A stretch of 64,000 nucleotides of DNA from an uncultured Ignavibacteriales bacterium (lineage in GTDB: Bacteria > Bacteroidota > Ignavibacteria > Ignavibacteriales > Ignavibacteriaceae), in the NCBI GenBank assembly GCA_903843135.1, contig CAIMOS010000126.1, positions 17,201-81,200 of the forward strand. Reading direction: 5' to 3'. The notes below the pieces were generated by a model. It saw nothing but the letters and a program-made list of their open reading frames with translations. It ran no database searches and was not told the DNA's origin. The number at the start of each line of letters is the position of its first letter. Position 1 is the stretch's first letter. The translations under genes and the position numbers were made by a program. Shown in pieces: positions 38,088-47,389 of the stretch.

Positions 38088-39578
38088 TTGGATATCTCAG
38101 TCTGGTTTTACATATCCAGCGGATTATTTCTTGGCTGGTCGCTAGGCGCCAACCACGCCGTGAATGTTTTCGGAACCGCGGTGGTTTCAAAGATGGTGAG
38201 ATTTCGGACGGCGGCCATAATAGCGGGCGTCTTTGTTATACTTGGTTCAGTGGTCAGCGGAGGAGGAACGACAAAAACAATTACAGATCTCGGCGCAATC
38301 AACGCTATCGCGGGCAGCTTTTCTGTTGCGCTTGCCGTCGGTATATCTGTAACGCTTATGACGAAGGCCCAGTTGCCCGTTTCGACATCGCAGGCAGTGA
38401 TCGGGGGAATTATCGGATGGAATTTATTTACAGGCTCACCAACAGACTACAGTTCACTCAACAAGATTTTATTCAGCTGGATTGCAAGCCCTATTATTGC
38501 CGCGATTTTCGCTTTTCTCATCTTTAAGCTTATCAAGCATACTGTTCTGAAATGGAGGATTCACCTCCTTGAACTGGATAACTACACGAGGGTCGGATTA
38601 ATAGTTGTCGGAGCGCTGGCGTCCTACTCTCTCGGAGCCAATAATATTGCCAACGTAATGGGTATGTTCAGTTCAGCGCCTCTTTTCAGCGATCTTAGTA
38701 TTTCGGGCTTCCTGAAAATCACCGGCGTGGAGCAGTTGTTCTTCCTTGGCGGACTGGCGATTGCAATCGGTATTTTTACTTACGGCGACCGCGTGATGGA
38801 AACCGTAGGCACTGACCTTTACAAGATTTCGCCGATAACCGGATTTGTCGTAGTCCTTTCAGAGTTTATTGTGCTTACTCTGTTTACATCCCAGACCCTG
38901 GAAGCGTTCCTCCTGAGGAATAATCTGCCGTCTTTTCCACTTGTTCCGCTCTCTACCACACAGGCGTTCATCGGCGCGATAATCGGTGTTGGTATGGCGA
39001 AAGACCCTCTGTCTATTGATTTCAGGGTGTTAGGGAAAATAGCAATCGGCTGGGTGATTGCCCCTTTAAGTGCAGCGCTGATCACTTTTATTTCGCTATT
39101 CTTTATTCAGAATGTATTTGAACAGAAAGTAGTATACCCGGTGCCGTACGAAATAACCTCTACGGTCATCACGGAGATGAAGAGCGAAGGAATAGATACG
39201 TCCGGATTAGCGGATATTACAGGGAAGAGGTTTTTTAATAAAAAGAACTTCAGGGATGAATTATACGCAAGGAATAAATACACGAACAAAGAAATGTTTA
39301 CCATTTTTAATCTTGCCCTTGTCGACAGTTTTAAAGTTGATACTGTACTGTTCAGGAGTTATCCGGAACTTTACCGTTACACCAGTGATCAGAAAGCTGC
39401 AATTATGACCAGGCAAGGAGAAGCGTTCAGCCATAAGATTGATTTTCATAAAGCAGTTCTCTCTGATTCCGCCTGGAAACAGTCCGGGAATAAACTTTTT
39501 GACAGGGAACTGGAAGACAAAATAAATGCAATTGAAGAACTCTTCAGAGTTAAACCGGATAAAAAACAAATAAAATAA
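38088..39578 (+). CDS. pit: Inorganic phosphate transporter, PiT (PHO4) family, with about 150-aa C-terminal cytoplasmic extension
   Basis: The two PiT signature repeats GANHAVNVFGTAV and GANNIANVMG are present, with about 10 TM and a TTG start. A hydrophilic tail runs from about 39125. Confidence 0.85.
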   Translation: MDISVWFYISSGLFLGWSLGANHAVNVFGTAVVSKMVRFRTAAIIAGVFVILGSVVSGGGTTKTITDLGAINAIAGSFSVALAVGISVTLMTKAQLPVSTSQAVIGGIIGWNLFTGSPTDYSSLNKILFSWIASPIIAAIFAFLIFKLIKHTVLKWRIHLLELDNYTRVGLIVVGALASYSLGANNIANVMGMFSSAPLFSDLSISGFLKITGVEQLFFLGGLAIAIGIFTYGDRVMETVGTDLYKISPITGFVVVLSEFIVLTLFTSQTLEAFLLRNNLPSFPLVPLSTTQAFIGAIIGVGMAKDPLSIDFRVLGKIAIGWVIAPLSAALITFISLFFIQNVFEQKVVYPVPYEITSTVITEMKSEGIDTSGLADITGKRFFNKKNFRDELYARNKYTNKEMFTIFNLALVDSFKVDTVLFRSYPELYRYTSDQKAAIMTRQGEAFSHKIDFHKAVLSDSAWKQSGNKLFDRELEDKINAIEELFRVKPDKKQIK

Positions 39579-39630
39579 AACTAATAATTATCACATACAT
39601 TAAATAAAACTCTAATCAAAGGATGATGTT

Positions 39631-40929
39631 ATGAAAAACAGACACAATTACTTTGCGGTTATTCTGATCGCAATAGTTATGATGAGCTTCGGAAATCTTC
39701 TGGCTCAGGATTCAAAGGTTCCTGGCGGGAAAGAAGCGAAGCCTCTTGGTGCTGAAGTGCGCAACGGTAAACTTGTATTTGAATCTGAAGACGGCGATTT
39801 CCGCTGGTGGTTCGATTCAAGAATCCAGTTTGACGGAGCGATGTATTTTGGTACGGATTTTGTCTCCGAAACTAAAAATGCGATGAGTAACGGTTTCTTC
39901 TTCAGAAGAGCGACTTTCGCGTTGAAGGCAATACTCTATAAGGACTGGGAAGCTGAATTCGATATGGATTTCCGTGAAGACTCGGACGTGGATGAGCAGA
40001 ATGAGATGCGGGATATGTGGATCAAATACAATGTACCTGATATGAATATGTCTTTTATGGTGGGACATTTCAAAGAGCCGTTCGGACTTGAGAGAATTAA
40101 CAGTTCACGGTTGCTTACTTTTCTTGAAAGGTCTTCACTCTCAAGCGCAATCCCGATGGGAAGAAGGGTCGGCGCTTTAGTTCGTTATTGGACGGACTGG
40201 TTCCAGGTATCTGCAGCTCTAATGGGCCACGAACCCGGTACACGCATTGATAAAGGCCAGAGAGATGAAGGGTACTCAACAAACCTCAGAACCAGCTTTG
40301 CTCCGATCAATGATTTCGGGCATACACTTCATCTCGGAGTCGCCGGTTCTTATAAAATTCCTGACGCGACATCTGAGCTGCGCACAAATACAATCGAGGT
40401 AAGTTCTAGAACCGAATCATATATGTTTGACCCCAAATTCTTGCATACCGGTGATATTGCAGACGTAAACTATTATCTGCGCGGCGGCGCTGAATTTATG
40501 TATATCAACGGTCCGCTCTATTTACAGACTGAAGTAATGGGAATGCAAGTCGAGAGATTTTACGGCAAACCGCAGGTTAAACTCGGCGGCGGATACATTA
40601 CTGTTGCATATATGCTTACCGGTGAGACCCGTTACTACTATGTAGATGAAGGCGAAGTCGGACCGATTGAAAAACCGCTCAATTCTTGGGGCGCTTTAGA
40701 ACTTGCTATGAGATACACACACACCGATCTGAATGACCTTGAAGCAGGCGTCAAAGGCGGTATGGTTAATCAGTATACATTAGGATTAAACTATATTCCG
40801 AATCCGAATATTAAAATACAACTTAACTATTCTTTGGTAAATCTTGATCAGTACGCAACCAGGAAGGGAAACCTTATTGGTGATGATGACCACGCGTTCT
40901 TACAGATCAGATTCCAGGCTTCATTATAA
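39631..40929 (+). CDS. Phosphate-selective porin O/P family outer-membrane protein
   Basis: 432 aa with a signal peptide. The Porin_O_P-like pattern is F.W.FDSRIQ.D, FF.RRA....K......W.AEFD.DF, KEPFGLE and a terminal aromatic-rich beta strand. Confidence 0.8.
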   Translation: MKNRHNYFAVILIAIVMMSFGNLLAQDSKVPGGKEAKPLGAEVRNGKLVFESEDGDFRWWFDSRIQFDGAMYFGTDFVSETKNAMSNGFFFRRATFALKAILYKDWEAEFDMDFREDSDVDEQNEMRDMWIKYNVPDMNMSFMVGHFKEPFGLERINSSRLLTFLERSSLSSAIPMGRRVGALVRYWTDWFQVSAALMGHEPGTRIDKGQRDEGYSTNLRTSFAPINDFGHTLHLGVAGSYKIPDATSELRTNTIEVSSRTESYMFDPKFLHTGDIADVNYYLRGGAEFMYINGPLYLQTEVMGMQVERFYGKPQVKLGGGYITVAYMLTGETRYYYVDEGEVGPIEKPLNSWGALELAMRYTHTDLNDLEAGVKGGMVNQYTLGLNYIPNPNIKIQLNYSLVNLDQYATRKGNLIGDDDHAFLQIRFQASL

Positions 40930-40949
40930 TTATTAAAGGAAACTTAAAA

Positions 40950-41870
40950 ATGAGAAAATTATTTTTGGCCTTACTTTTTATTCTTCCTATGGTGTTCACC
41001 TCTTGTTCAAGGGATGAACCTGCATTACCGGTTACTCCTCCGCCTCCTGTTGTGGAGAAAATAAAAATCAATGAAGTGTACTCACGTGGCGATACGACTG
41101 ATGCCGACTGGATTGAAATCTATAATACAGGAAGCAGTGCGATTGATATCTCCGGCTATAAGATTTACGACAATGGAGGGCAGAGTGGTTCTAAACCGAA
41201 AAAAGTATTTCCTGCTGGGACAGTTGTTGCCTCAAACGGATTCTTTGTAATTACGGTTGACGATACCGCCTCTTCCGGATTTGGACTTTCCAGCAGCGGT
41301 GAGCAAGTCTGGCTCGAAAAGGCAGACGGTACGGTTATCGACTCTGTGGTTTTTCCGGCGCTTGGCATAGATTCTACTTATGGGAGAAGAGGCGACGGAG
41401 CCTCTAATTGGGAAATCATTTTCCCGAAAACAAAAGGCATAACAAACGGCGGCGTCAACACTCAGCCTCTGGTAATGAACGAAATATTCTCGCGCGGAGC
41501 GGATCCGAATTTTGACTTCATTGAAATTTACAATCCCAACACCTTTGCTGTGGATCTGAATGGTTATAAAATTTATGACGGCGGCGGAAATGCGGGAACT
41601 AAACCTAAAATGCTGTTCCCCGCCGGCGCTTCAGTTCCAGCCCGTGGATTCTATGTTATAGTTGTTGACGATGCCGCGGTGGAAGGGAACTTCGGAATCG
41701 GCAGCGGCGGAGATGAAGTTTGGTTTGAAAATCCCACCGGTATAGTGATCGATCACCAGATCGTTCCTGCAATGCCGGTCGTGACCACCTCGTATTGCAG
41801 AATTCCGGATGGAAGCACCACCTGGCAAATCGCAAGTACGATAACCAAAGGGCAGCCAAACCAGCCCTGA
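40950..41870 (+). CDS. Lipoprotein with two lamin-tail domains (LTD)
   Basis: The lipobox is VFTSC. There are two repeats of INE.YSRG......D.IEIYN......D..GYKIYD.GG..G.KPK..FPAG..V...GF.VI.VDD. Confidence 0.8.
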   Translation: MRKLFLALLFILPMVFTSCSRDEPALPVTPPPPVVEKIKINEVYSRGDTTDADWIEIYNTGSSAIDISGYKIYDNGGQSGSKPKKVFPAGTVVASNGFFVITVDDTASSGFGLSSSGEQVWLEKADGTVIDSVVFPALGIDSTYGRRGDGASNWEIIFPKTKGITNGGVNTQPLVMNEIFSRGADPNFDFIEIYNPNTFAVDLNGYKIYDGGGNAGTKPKMLFPAGASVPARGFYVIVVDDAAVEGNFGIGSGGDEVWFENPTGIVIDHQIVPAMPVVTTSYCRIPDGSTTWQIASTITKGQPNQP

Positions 41871-41912
41871 TTTTTTTAACGGAGGGCCGGCTAATTCCGG
41901 TCCTCCGATAAT

Positions 41913-42704
41913 ATGATTAGCAAACAAACGATGAAAAAAAATATTTCTATTCTCTATTTCACTGCGATTGTAGTCATCATAATTTACTTGCTTCTGCAGG
42001 CAGGCTGCTCGAGAAATGAACCGTATGTTGCTGTGACACCGTCCACGATTCAGAAAATTATTCCCATCAACACTTATGTGTTGGATGTTTCTGAGCCTTC
42101 CGGTCTGGCGTATAACGCAGTAAATAATACATTGATGGTTATCTCCGACAGCCATCCGGAAATCTATGAAATCAGCCTTAACGGGACTACGCTGAACACG
42201 ATACCCGCTTCCGGCAGTGATATGGAAGGCATAGCCCTTTCTAAAAACTGCGATACAGTTATTGTTGTTGAGGAAAGGATCAGAAGCGTAACATCATTTG
42301 CCCTCAACGGAGCCAAATTAGACACCATTATTGTAGATGTTGCTGTCCTTGGAAATAGCGGACTTGAAGGTGTAACTTTCAATCATACGGGCAGACAAAT
42401 GTTCGTCCTGAATGAGAAAGATCCAAGAATGCTGTTATGTTATGAAAATTTAACTAAGAAATGGCAGAAAAATCTTGATTACACCGGGGATGTTTCGGAT
42501 GTTTGTTATGAAGAATCCACAGGTTTTTTGTGGGTAATAAGTGATGAATCGAGGATGATATTAAAACTGTCATCCACTGGAACACTTATCAAACAGTGGG
42601 AAATTCCATTTTCAAAAGGGGAGGGAATTGCAATTGTTGGGGATAAGATTTACGTGGTAAATGACCAAGACGGAAAAATGTATGTCTTTCATAAACCAAA
42701 TTAA
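41913..42704 (+). CDS. SdiA-regulated (YjiK-like) beta-propeller lipoprotein
   Basis: The lipobox is LLQAGCS. The block EPSGLAYN...NTL.VISD...EIYEISL.G......P..GSDMEGIAL matches the PF06977-type pattern. A probable alternative start is at 41931. Confidence 0.7.
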   Translation: MISKQTMKKNISILYFTAIVVIIIYLLLQAGCSRNEPYVAVTPSTIQKIIPINTYVLDVSEPSGLAYNAVNNTLMVISDSHPEIYEISLNGTTLNTIPASGSDMEGIALSKNCDTVIVVEERIRSVTSFALNGAKLDTIIVDVAVLGNSGLEGVTFNHTGRQMFVLNEKDPRMLLCYENLTKKWQKNLDYTGDVSDVCYEESTGFLWVISDESRMILKLSSTGTLIKQWEIPFSKGEGIAIVGDKIYVVNDQDGKMYVFHKPN

Positions 42705-42743
42705 ATATGTGTTATAATTCAGAATTATTTTAACGGAGATATC

Positions 42744-43898
42744 GTGAAAAAAAATCTAACTCTTTTCTGCGTTCTTATATCGATCTTCTTTGGTGTACAA
42801 AGCGGATTAGCCCAGACTGCGCTTATGAACGAAATTTATTCCAGGGGAATTGTTACAGCTCCTGACTGGATAGAAATTTATAATCCAACAGCGGCAAATA
42901 TTGACCTTACCGGTTACAAAATATACGACAGCGGCGGACAGGCAGGCACAAAACCTAAAAAAGATTTACCTGCAGGTACAATTATTCCGCCATACGGATT
43001 CTTTGTGATGGTTACTGACGATACAACCGCCAGCGGTTTTGGCCTCTCAAGCGGCGGCGAAAAAGTATGGTTGGAGAATGCCTCAGGAACTATAATTGAC
43101 ACTATAACTTTCCCGGCTATGGCTACCGACCAGACTTACGGCCGTTATCCCGACGGAAGTGCTTATATGAAACTGACAAAGAAATTAACGCGCGGTTACG
43201 CAAATGCTTATATCAAAATCAACGAAGCTTACTCACGCGGCGTTGTGACTGACCCGGACTGGGTTGAGATCTATAACCTTTCTCCTGATGCAGTTGACCT
43301 TACCGGTTACAAAATATATGACAGCGGCGGACAGGCAGGCACAAAACCGAAAAAGGAAATACCTGCAGGCACTATTATCCCGGCTAACGGATTCTTTGTT
43401 ATCGTTACTGATGACACTACCGCGAGCGGTTTCGGACTTTCAAGCGGCGGTGAAAAAGTATGGCTTGATGATTCAGCAGGCGTTCTGTGTGATTCTATGG
43501 CTTTCACGGCGATGACCGAGGTTCAGTCCTACGGCAGATATCCTGACGGCACCGCCAATATGCAGATTCTGCCCGTGATCACCCGCGGCACGGCTAATTC
43601 CATCACCGGTATTTTTGATAACGACGGTCTGATAAACTCATTCAGTTTAGGCCAGAATTATCCTAATCCGTTCAATCCATCTACGAGTATCAGTTTTACA
43701 ATTCCTTCAACAGGATTTGTATCTCTAAAGGTTTACAATGTGCTTGGCAAAGAAGTTGCTACGATAATTAACGGAATGAAAAACAGCGGAAGCTATACGG
43801 TTCAGTTTGACGCTCACGGGCTCAGCAGCGGTATCTATTTCTATCAGCTTAATGCGGGTAACTTAACAGCCACAAAGAAATTTGTTGTAACTAAATAA
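42744..43898 (+). CDS. Secreted protein with two lamin-tail domains and T9SS C-terminal sorting domain
   Basis: It has a GTG start, a signal peptide, and two LTD repeats nearly identical in motif to those of 40950..41870. The C-terminus is QNYPNPFNPST...VYNVLGKE...GIYFYQL. Confidence 0.85.
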   Translation: MKKNLTLFCVLISIFFGVQSGLAQTALMNEIYSRGIVTAPDWIEIYNPTAANIDLTGYKIYDSGGQAGTKPKKDLPAGTIIPPYGFFVMVTDDTTASGFGLSSGGEKVWLENASGTIIDTITFPAMATDQTYGRYPDGSAYMKLTKKLTRGYANAYIKINEAYSRGVVTDPDWVEIYNLSPDAVDLTGYKIYDSGGQAGTKPKKEIPAGTIIPANGFFVIVTDDTTASGFGLSSGGEKVWLDDSAGVLCDSMAFTAMTEVQSYGRYPDGTANMQILPVITRGTANSITGIFDNDGLINSFSLGQNYPNPFNPSTSISFTIPSTGFVSLKVYNVLGKEVATIINGMKNSGSYTVQFDAHGLSSGIYFYQLNAGNLTATKKFVVTK

Positions 43899-43941
43899 TC
43901 CTCATCTTAGTGAATTAAGCAGTTCAATCTGCAGAGTGATC

Positions 43942-43968
43942 AAAGCCCCGGTACGCCGGGGTTTTTTA
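43942..43968 (+). terminator. Rho-independent terminator closing the nine-gene operon
   Basis: The stem is (aaag)ccccgg / ccgggg(tttt) with loop tacg and a T6 run. Confidence 0.8.
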
Positions 43969-44009
43969 TTTACCTGATCTGATAAGTGTGTGAATAGCTG
44001 AGATCTGAC

Positions 44010-44774
44010 TTAATTATTTATCACGATACCGTTGCTGAAGATCTCCAGCGTTTGCTGACGGCTGTTTACAACCGCGAATGAATTCTGCTCAGGATTAAAA
44101 GTCATACCGCTGTAATTTTTGCCGGGAAGGTGGATGCGCTGAAGTTCTGCCTTTAAGGGGTTCCATCTGTAGATCATTTCAGACTGATAGCTGAGAAGGT
44201 AATAATTCCCTTTGGTGTTATCGAAATAAATTTCAGAGGCATCCGGAGTGAAATAGAAATTATACTGCTGTTCAATGTTCCCATCGGAATTCATTTTTAT
44301 CATTGAAGGAGGGGCAGCCTCATTCAGTACATAAAGTGTACTTCCTTCACCGCAGAATATTCCGCCCGGTATTTTATTTCCACCTTTTCCGCCGGCAATA
44401 TGCAGCCGTTTCTTAACTTCACCGCTGAGCGAGAGATTCACCAATTCTCTTTTCTTTTTTTCTGTGATCCATAGTGTGCCGGAACTGCGCTCAAGAGAAA
44501 TTGAAGTAATTCTGTTACCCGTATAGGGCAGAACTTCAATAACATTACCTTCAAGGTCCGTTCTAACTATCTTGCTGTTGCCGCCGTCAACGATCCAGAA
44601 ACCGGTATAGTCGATAGTGTAAGTTATCCCGGCGGGATTATCAATGTTCAGCTTAAGTTCCTGAATCTGAGTTAATGCGGGCGAAATAATTTGCCCGTCG
44701 CTTTGCCTGCAGGCAAGGTTAACCAACATCATCGCAGCAGCCAGACCAAACAAGCGTCCATATCTGAAAAACAT
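44010..44774 (-). CDS. Beta-propeller lipoprotein, distantly YjiK/NHL-like
   Basis: The lipobox-like sequence is LVNLAC. Blade-like segments repeat (NPAGITY...G.W.VD......I.R.DL.GNV). It is convergent with the LTD operon. Confidence 0.5.
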   Translation of the reverse strand: MFFRYGRLFGLAAAMMLVNLACRQSDGQIISPALTQIQELKLNIDNPAGITYTIDYTGFWIVDGGNSKIVRTDLEGNVIEVLPYTGNRITSISLERSSGTLWITEKKKRELVNLSLSGEVKKRLHIAGGKGGNKIPGGIFCGEGSTLYVLNEAAPPSMIKMNSDGNIEQQYNFYFTPDASEIYFDNTKGNYYLLSYQSEMIYRWNPLKAELQRIHLPGKNYSGMTFNPEQNSFAVVNSRQQTLEIFSNGIVINN

Positions 44775-44992
44775 AAGCTAAATTTCTTTATAATAATTCA
44801 AAAAATCTTCCTGATATGGATATGCCAAAAACTATGCCAGACAATTTGATCCGGAATCAAAGATATTTTGTTATTTGAGGCGGGGAAAGGGGAATACCCC
44901 TGCAATATATGCACGAATTTGCATTATCGCGCAAAATTTTCGCAGTTTAGAGCTTATCCTCGGAATAATTTCCTAAGATAATTGTTAAAGGT

Positions 44993-46987
44993 TTACAAAT
45001 TTTCGCAGCTAACATTTAATTTATAACCTCTTCCGCACAGAACCGTGAACCAGAAGGTAGCGCCTTTACCCGGATCGTTCTCGAGCCAGATCTTTCCGCC
45101 GTTCTGTTCAATCATTTCTTTACAAAGCAGCAGGCCCAGGCCGGCGCCGCGCTCTCCGTCCGTGCCTTTGGTTGTGACGTGCTCGCCAAGTTTAAAAAGC
45201 TTGTCTGCTACTGCATCCGGCACTCCTGCTCCTGAATTTCTCACACCTATCCGGACAAGGGAGTCCTCCTTAGTAATTAAAATATTTATACTGCCGTTCT
45301 GCGGAGTGAATTTCAGGGCATTCGAAACCAGGTTATGTACCACACTGTATAAGGCAGGTTCATCGGCCACTACCAGGCAATCTTCCGGGATCTCTTCGCT
45401 GAAGGAGATATTTTTGCTGAGAAAAGTGGTCTCAAAAGTTGCTGCTACAGATTTTACTGTCTCCTTAAAAGAGTGGACCGCGGGATTTGGCTTTGCTCTT
45501 TTCATCTGATAAGACGCCCACGCAAGCAGGTTTTCGAGCAGTTTACTCATTCCTTTAAGAGTATCATAAATTTTCCCGACTGCCTCTATTCTCCCCTTGT
45601 CGGAAAGCTCATCATAATCATCCCTGAGGATTTCAGTATAAGACATAACCCCCCACATCGGATTTTTAAGATCGTGCGCAATTATGGAAAAGAACTTATC
45701 CTTTGCCGCATTCAGTTCTGAAAGTTCTTCCCTCTGTGAATCAATTATTCTGTTCTTTTCGTTCAGATTGTCATTTGCTTTCTTTAATTCCCGGCGTCTT
45801 ATGAACTGCAGGGCGGCGATGGTCAGAGCGAGCAGAATTATAAATGAGAGCCCTATTGTTGAATTGATATATGTCTTCTTTTCATAATAAAGTTTCTCTT
45901 CATTGTGCTCGAGTTCACGGTCGACAGACTGCCTCATAAGTTCAAATGAATATTCATTTCTGAGAAGGGCTGTCTGAATCAAGTATGCCTTCGTCAGATA
46001 TTTTAACGCGTTCTCTTCGTCCCCCGCCCGGGTATAGATTTTTGATATACGGTCATAGGATTCAAGATGGAAAATCGGATCCCCGGTCTTTTCCAGCAGC
46101 GTATCTGCTGCCAGTACAGCGTTTACCGCCTGAGCGTATTGGCCTTTCCGGGCCAGCAGATTACTGTAATTCCTGAGTAATTCCATCAGGTTATCTTTTT
46201 GGTTGTTTCGCTCGGCGAGCCGGATTCCCCGGGAAAAAAGCTTTTCTGCTTTTGTGTATTCACCAGTGTGGGTATAGAGCGAAGCAAGAATATTGATATT
46301 GGAGAGCGCGAGGAAGTCCGCCTCCGGAGTTTTTCCGCCGTCAGGAAAAGCTGAAGCGTAATATAAAGTGGAATCCTGGTACAGTTTGTGTATCCAGAGT
46401 TTATTAACGGAATCGTACCGGGCATTTTTATCCGTAGAATCGAAGTGGGCATAAACAGGCTGAAAATTTATCAGCATTTCAAAGTATACTGCCGCCAGGC
46501 GGTTGCAGATTTTCGGCCTGTATTTTTTCAACGCCTCATCATCAGTTTTTTTAAGCGCGGAATATAGATACGCGAGCGCAAGGGGACGCTGGCCGCTTGC
46601 GCGGCAGGTTTCACCCAGATTGCTCAGAATTCCGATTTCCTGGCGCCTGTTCCCGGAATTTCCTGCATACTTAAGAGCGAAATTTAAATTATCGATTGCA
46701 TTAGTGTAGTTCCGGAGCTCAAGCCATTTATTTCCCAGTAAGAGATGCAGTTTCATTATAGTGGAATCATCGCCGGCTTCGCGGGCAATTGCCAGGCCAA
46801 CGCTGGCAAGCGGTATCGAAGTCGAAAGTTTCAGATCATTATCAGATTCAAGGATCCTTACGATTTCGGCAAGTTTATCTTTTTCCGGGCTGATCGCTTC
46901 AATTTTTGCGAGAACGGAATCCAATTCTGCGAACACAAAGGGGGCCAGGAACAGGAACAGTAGTATTGATCTGAAAAATAATCTCAT
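44993..46987 (-). CDS. TPR-repeat sensor histidine kinase (same architecture as 8982..11054)
   Basis: 664 aa with a signal peptide, a TPR ectodomain and one TM. The H-box is FFSIIAHDLKNP, the N-box is VHNLVSNALKF, and GAGLGL follows. Confidence 0.85.
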   Translation of the reverse strand: MRLFFRSILLFLFLAPFVFAELDSVLAKIEAISPEKDKLAEIVRILESDNDLKLSTSIPLASVGLAIAREAGDDSTIMKLHLLLGNKWLELRNYTNAIDNLNFALKYAGNSGNRRQEIGILSNLGETCRASGQRPLALAYLYSALKKTDDEALKKYRPKICNRLAAVYFEMLINFQPVYAHFDSTDKNARYDSVNKLWIHKLYQDSTLYYASAFPDGGKTPEADFLALSNINILASLYTHTGEYTKAEKLFSRGIRLAERNNQKDNLMELLRNYSNLLARKGQYAQAVNAVLAADTLLEKTGDPIFHLESYDRISKIYTRAGDEENALKYLTKAYLIQTALLRNEYSFELMRQSVDRELEHNEEKLYYEKKTYINSTIGLSFIILLALTIAALQFIRRRELKKANDNLNEKNRIIDSQREELSELNAAKDKFFSIIAHDLKNPMWGVMSYTEILRDDYDELSDKGRIEAVGKIYDTLKGMSKLLENLLAWASYQMKRAKPNPAVHSFKETVKSVAATFETTFLSKNISFSEEIPEDCLVVADEPALYSVVHNLVSNALKFTPQNGSINILITKEDSLVRIGVRNSGAGVPDAVADKLFKLGEHVTTKGTDGERGAGLGLLLCKEMIEQNGGKIWLENDPGKGATFWFTVLCGRGYKLNVSCENL

Positions 46988-47321
46988 ATAAAAATTATAA
47001 AGGCCTTATGTAATTAGAAAAAATATTCTGCGTAAAACGGCAATAAATATAAAACTCCTCCCGCCTTGGTACTGAGGGGAAGGTTTGGAGGGATCTCAGA
47101 AACAGAGATATTGCGTATTTCGTTTATACGGTACCGGCTTGTCTGACTTATGAATAAGAGAATGATAAAACGTTTTAAGGGGCCGTCCGGCAGGTACCTC
47201 ATTTCTCAAATCATTTCAGTTAGAAAGCAACAATCCTTTTCCGGTGTAAATATAAGGTATATGCTGTAAACTTAAAAGAGAATATACTTGCTGCCCGGAT
47301 GCGGAGCCGGAATTACGGGGA

Positions 47322-47358
47322 CCAAAATAAAAAGCGGCGCTTTTTACGGCACCGCTTT
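47322..47358 (-). terminator. Rho-independent terminator of 47390..48517
   Basis: The stem is aaagcggcgc / g(c)caccgcttt with one mismatch. A U-run follows on the minus strand. Confidence 0.55.
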
Positions 47359-47389
47359 AAGAAAACTATTTAAGAAATGATTTTACGGA

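Noticed and set aside
47014-47202. 62-aa minus-strand ORF upstream of the TPR kinase.
   Set aside because: It has no motif or RBS and is more likely promoter or leader sequence. I also checked this gap for conserved ncRNA signatures (RNase P, tmRNA, SRP, 6S) and saw none.
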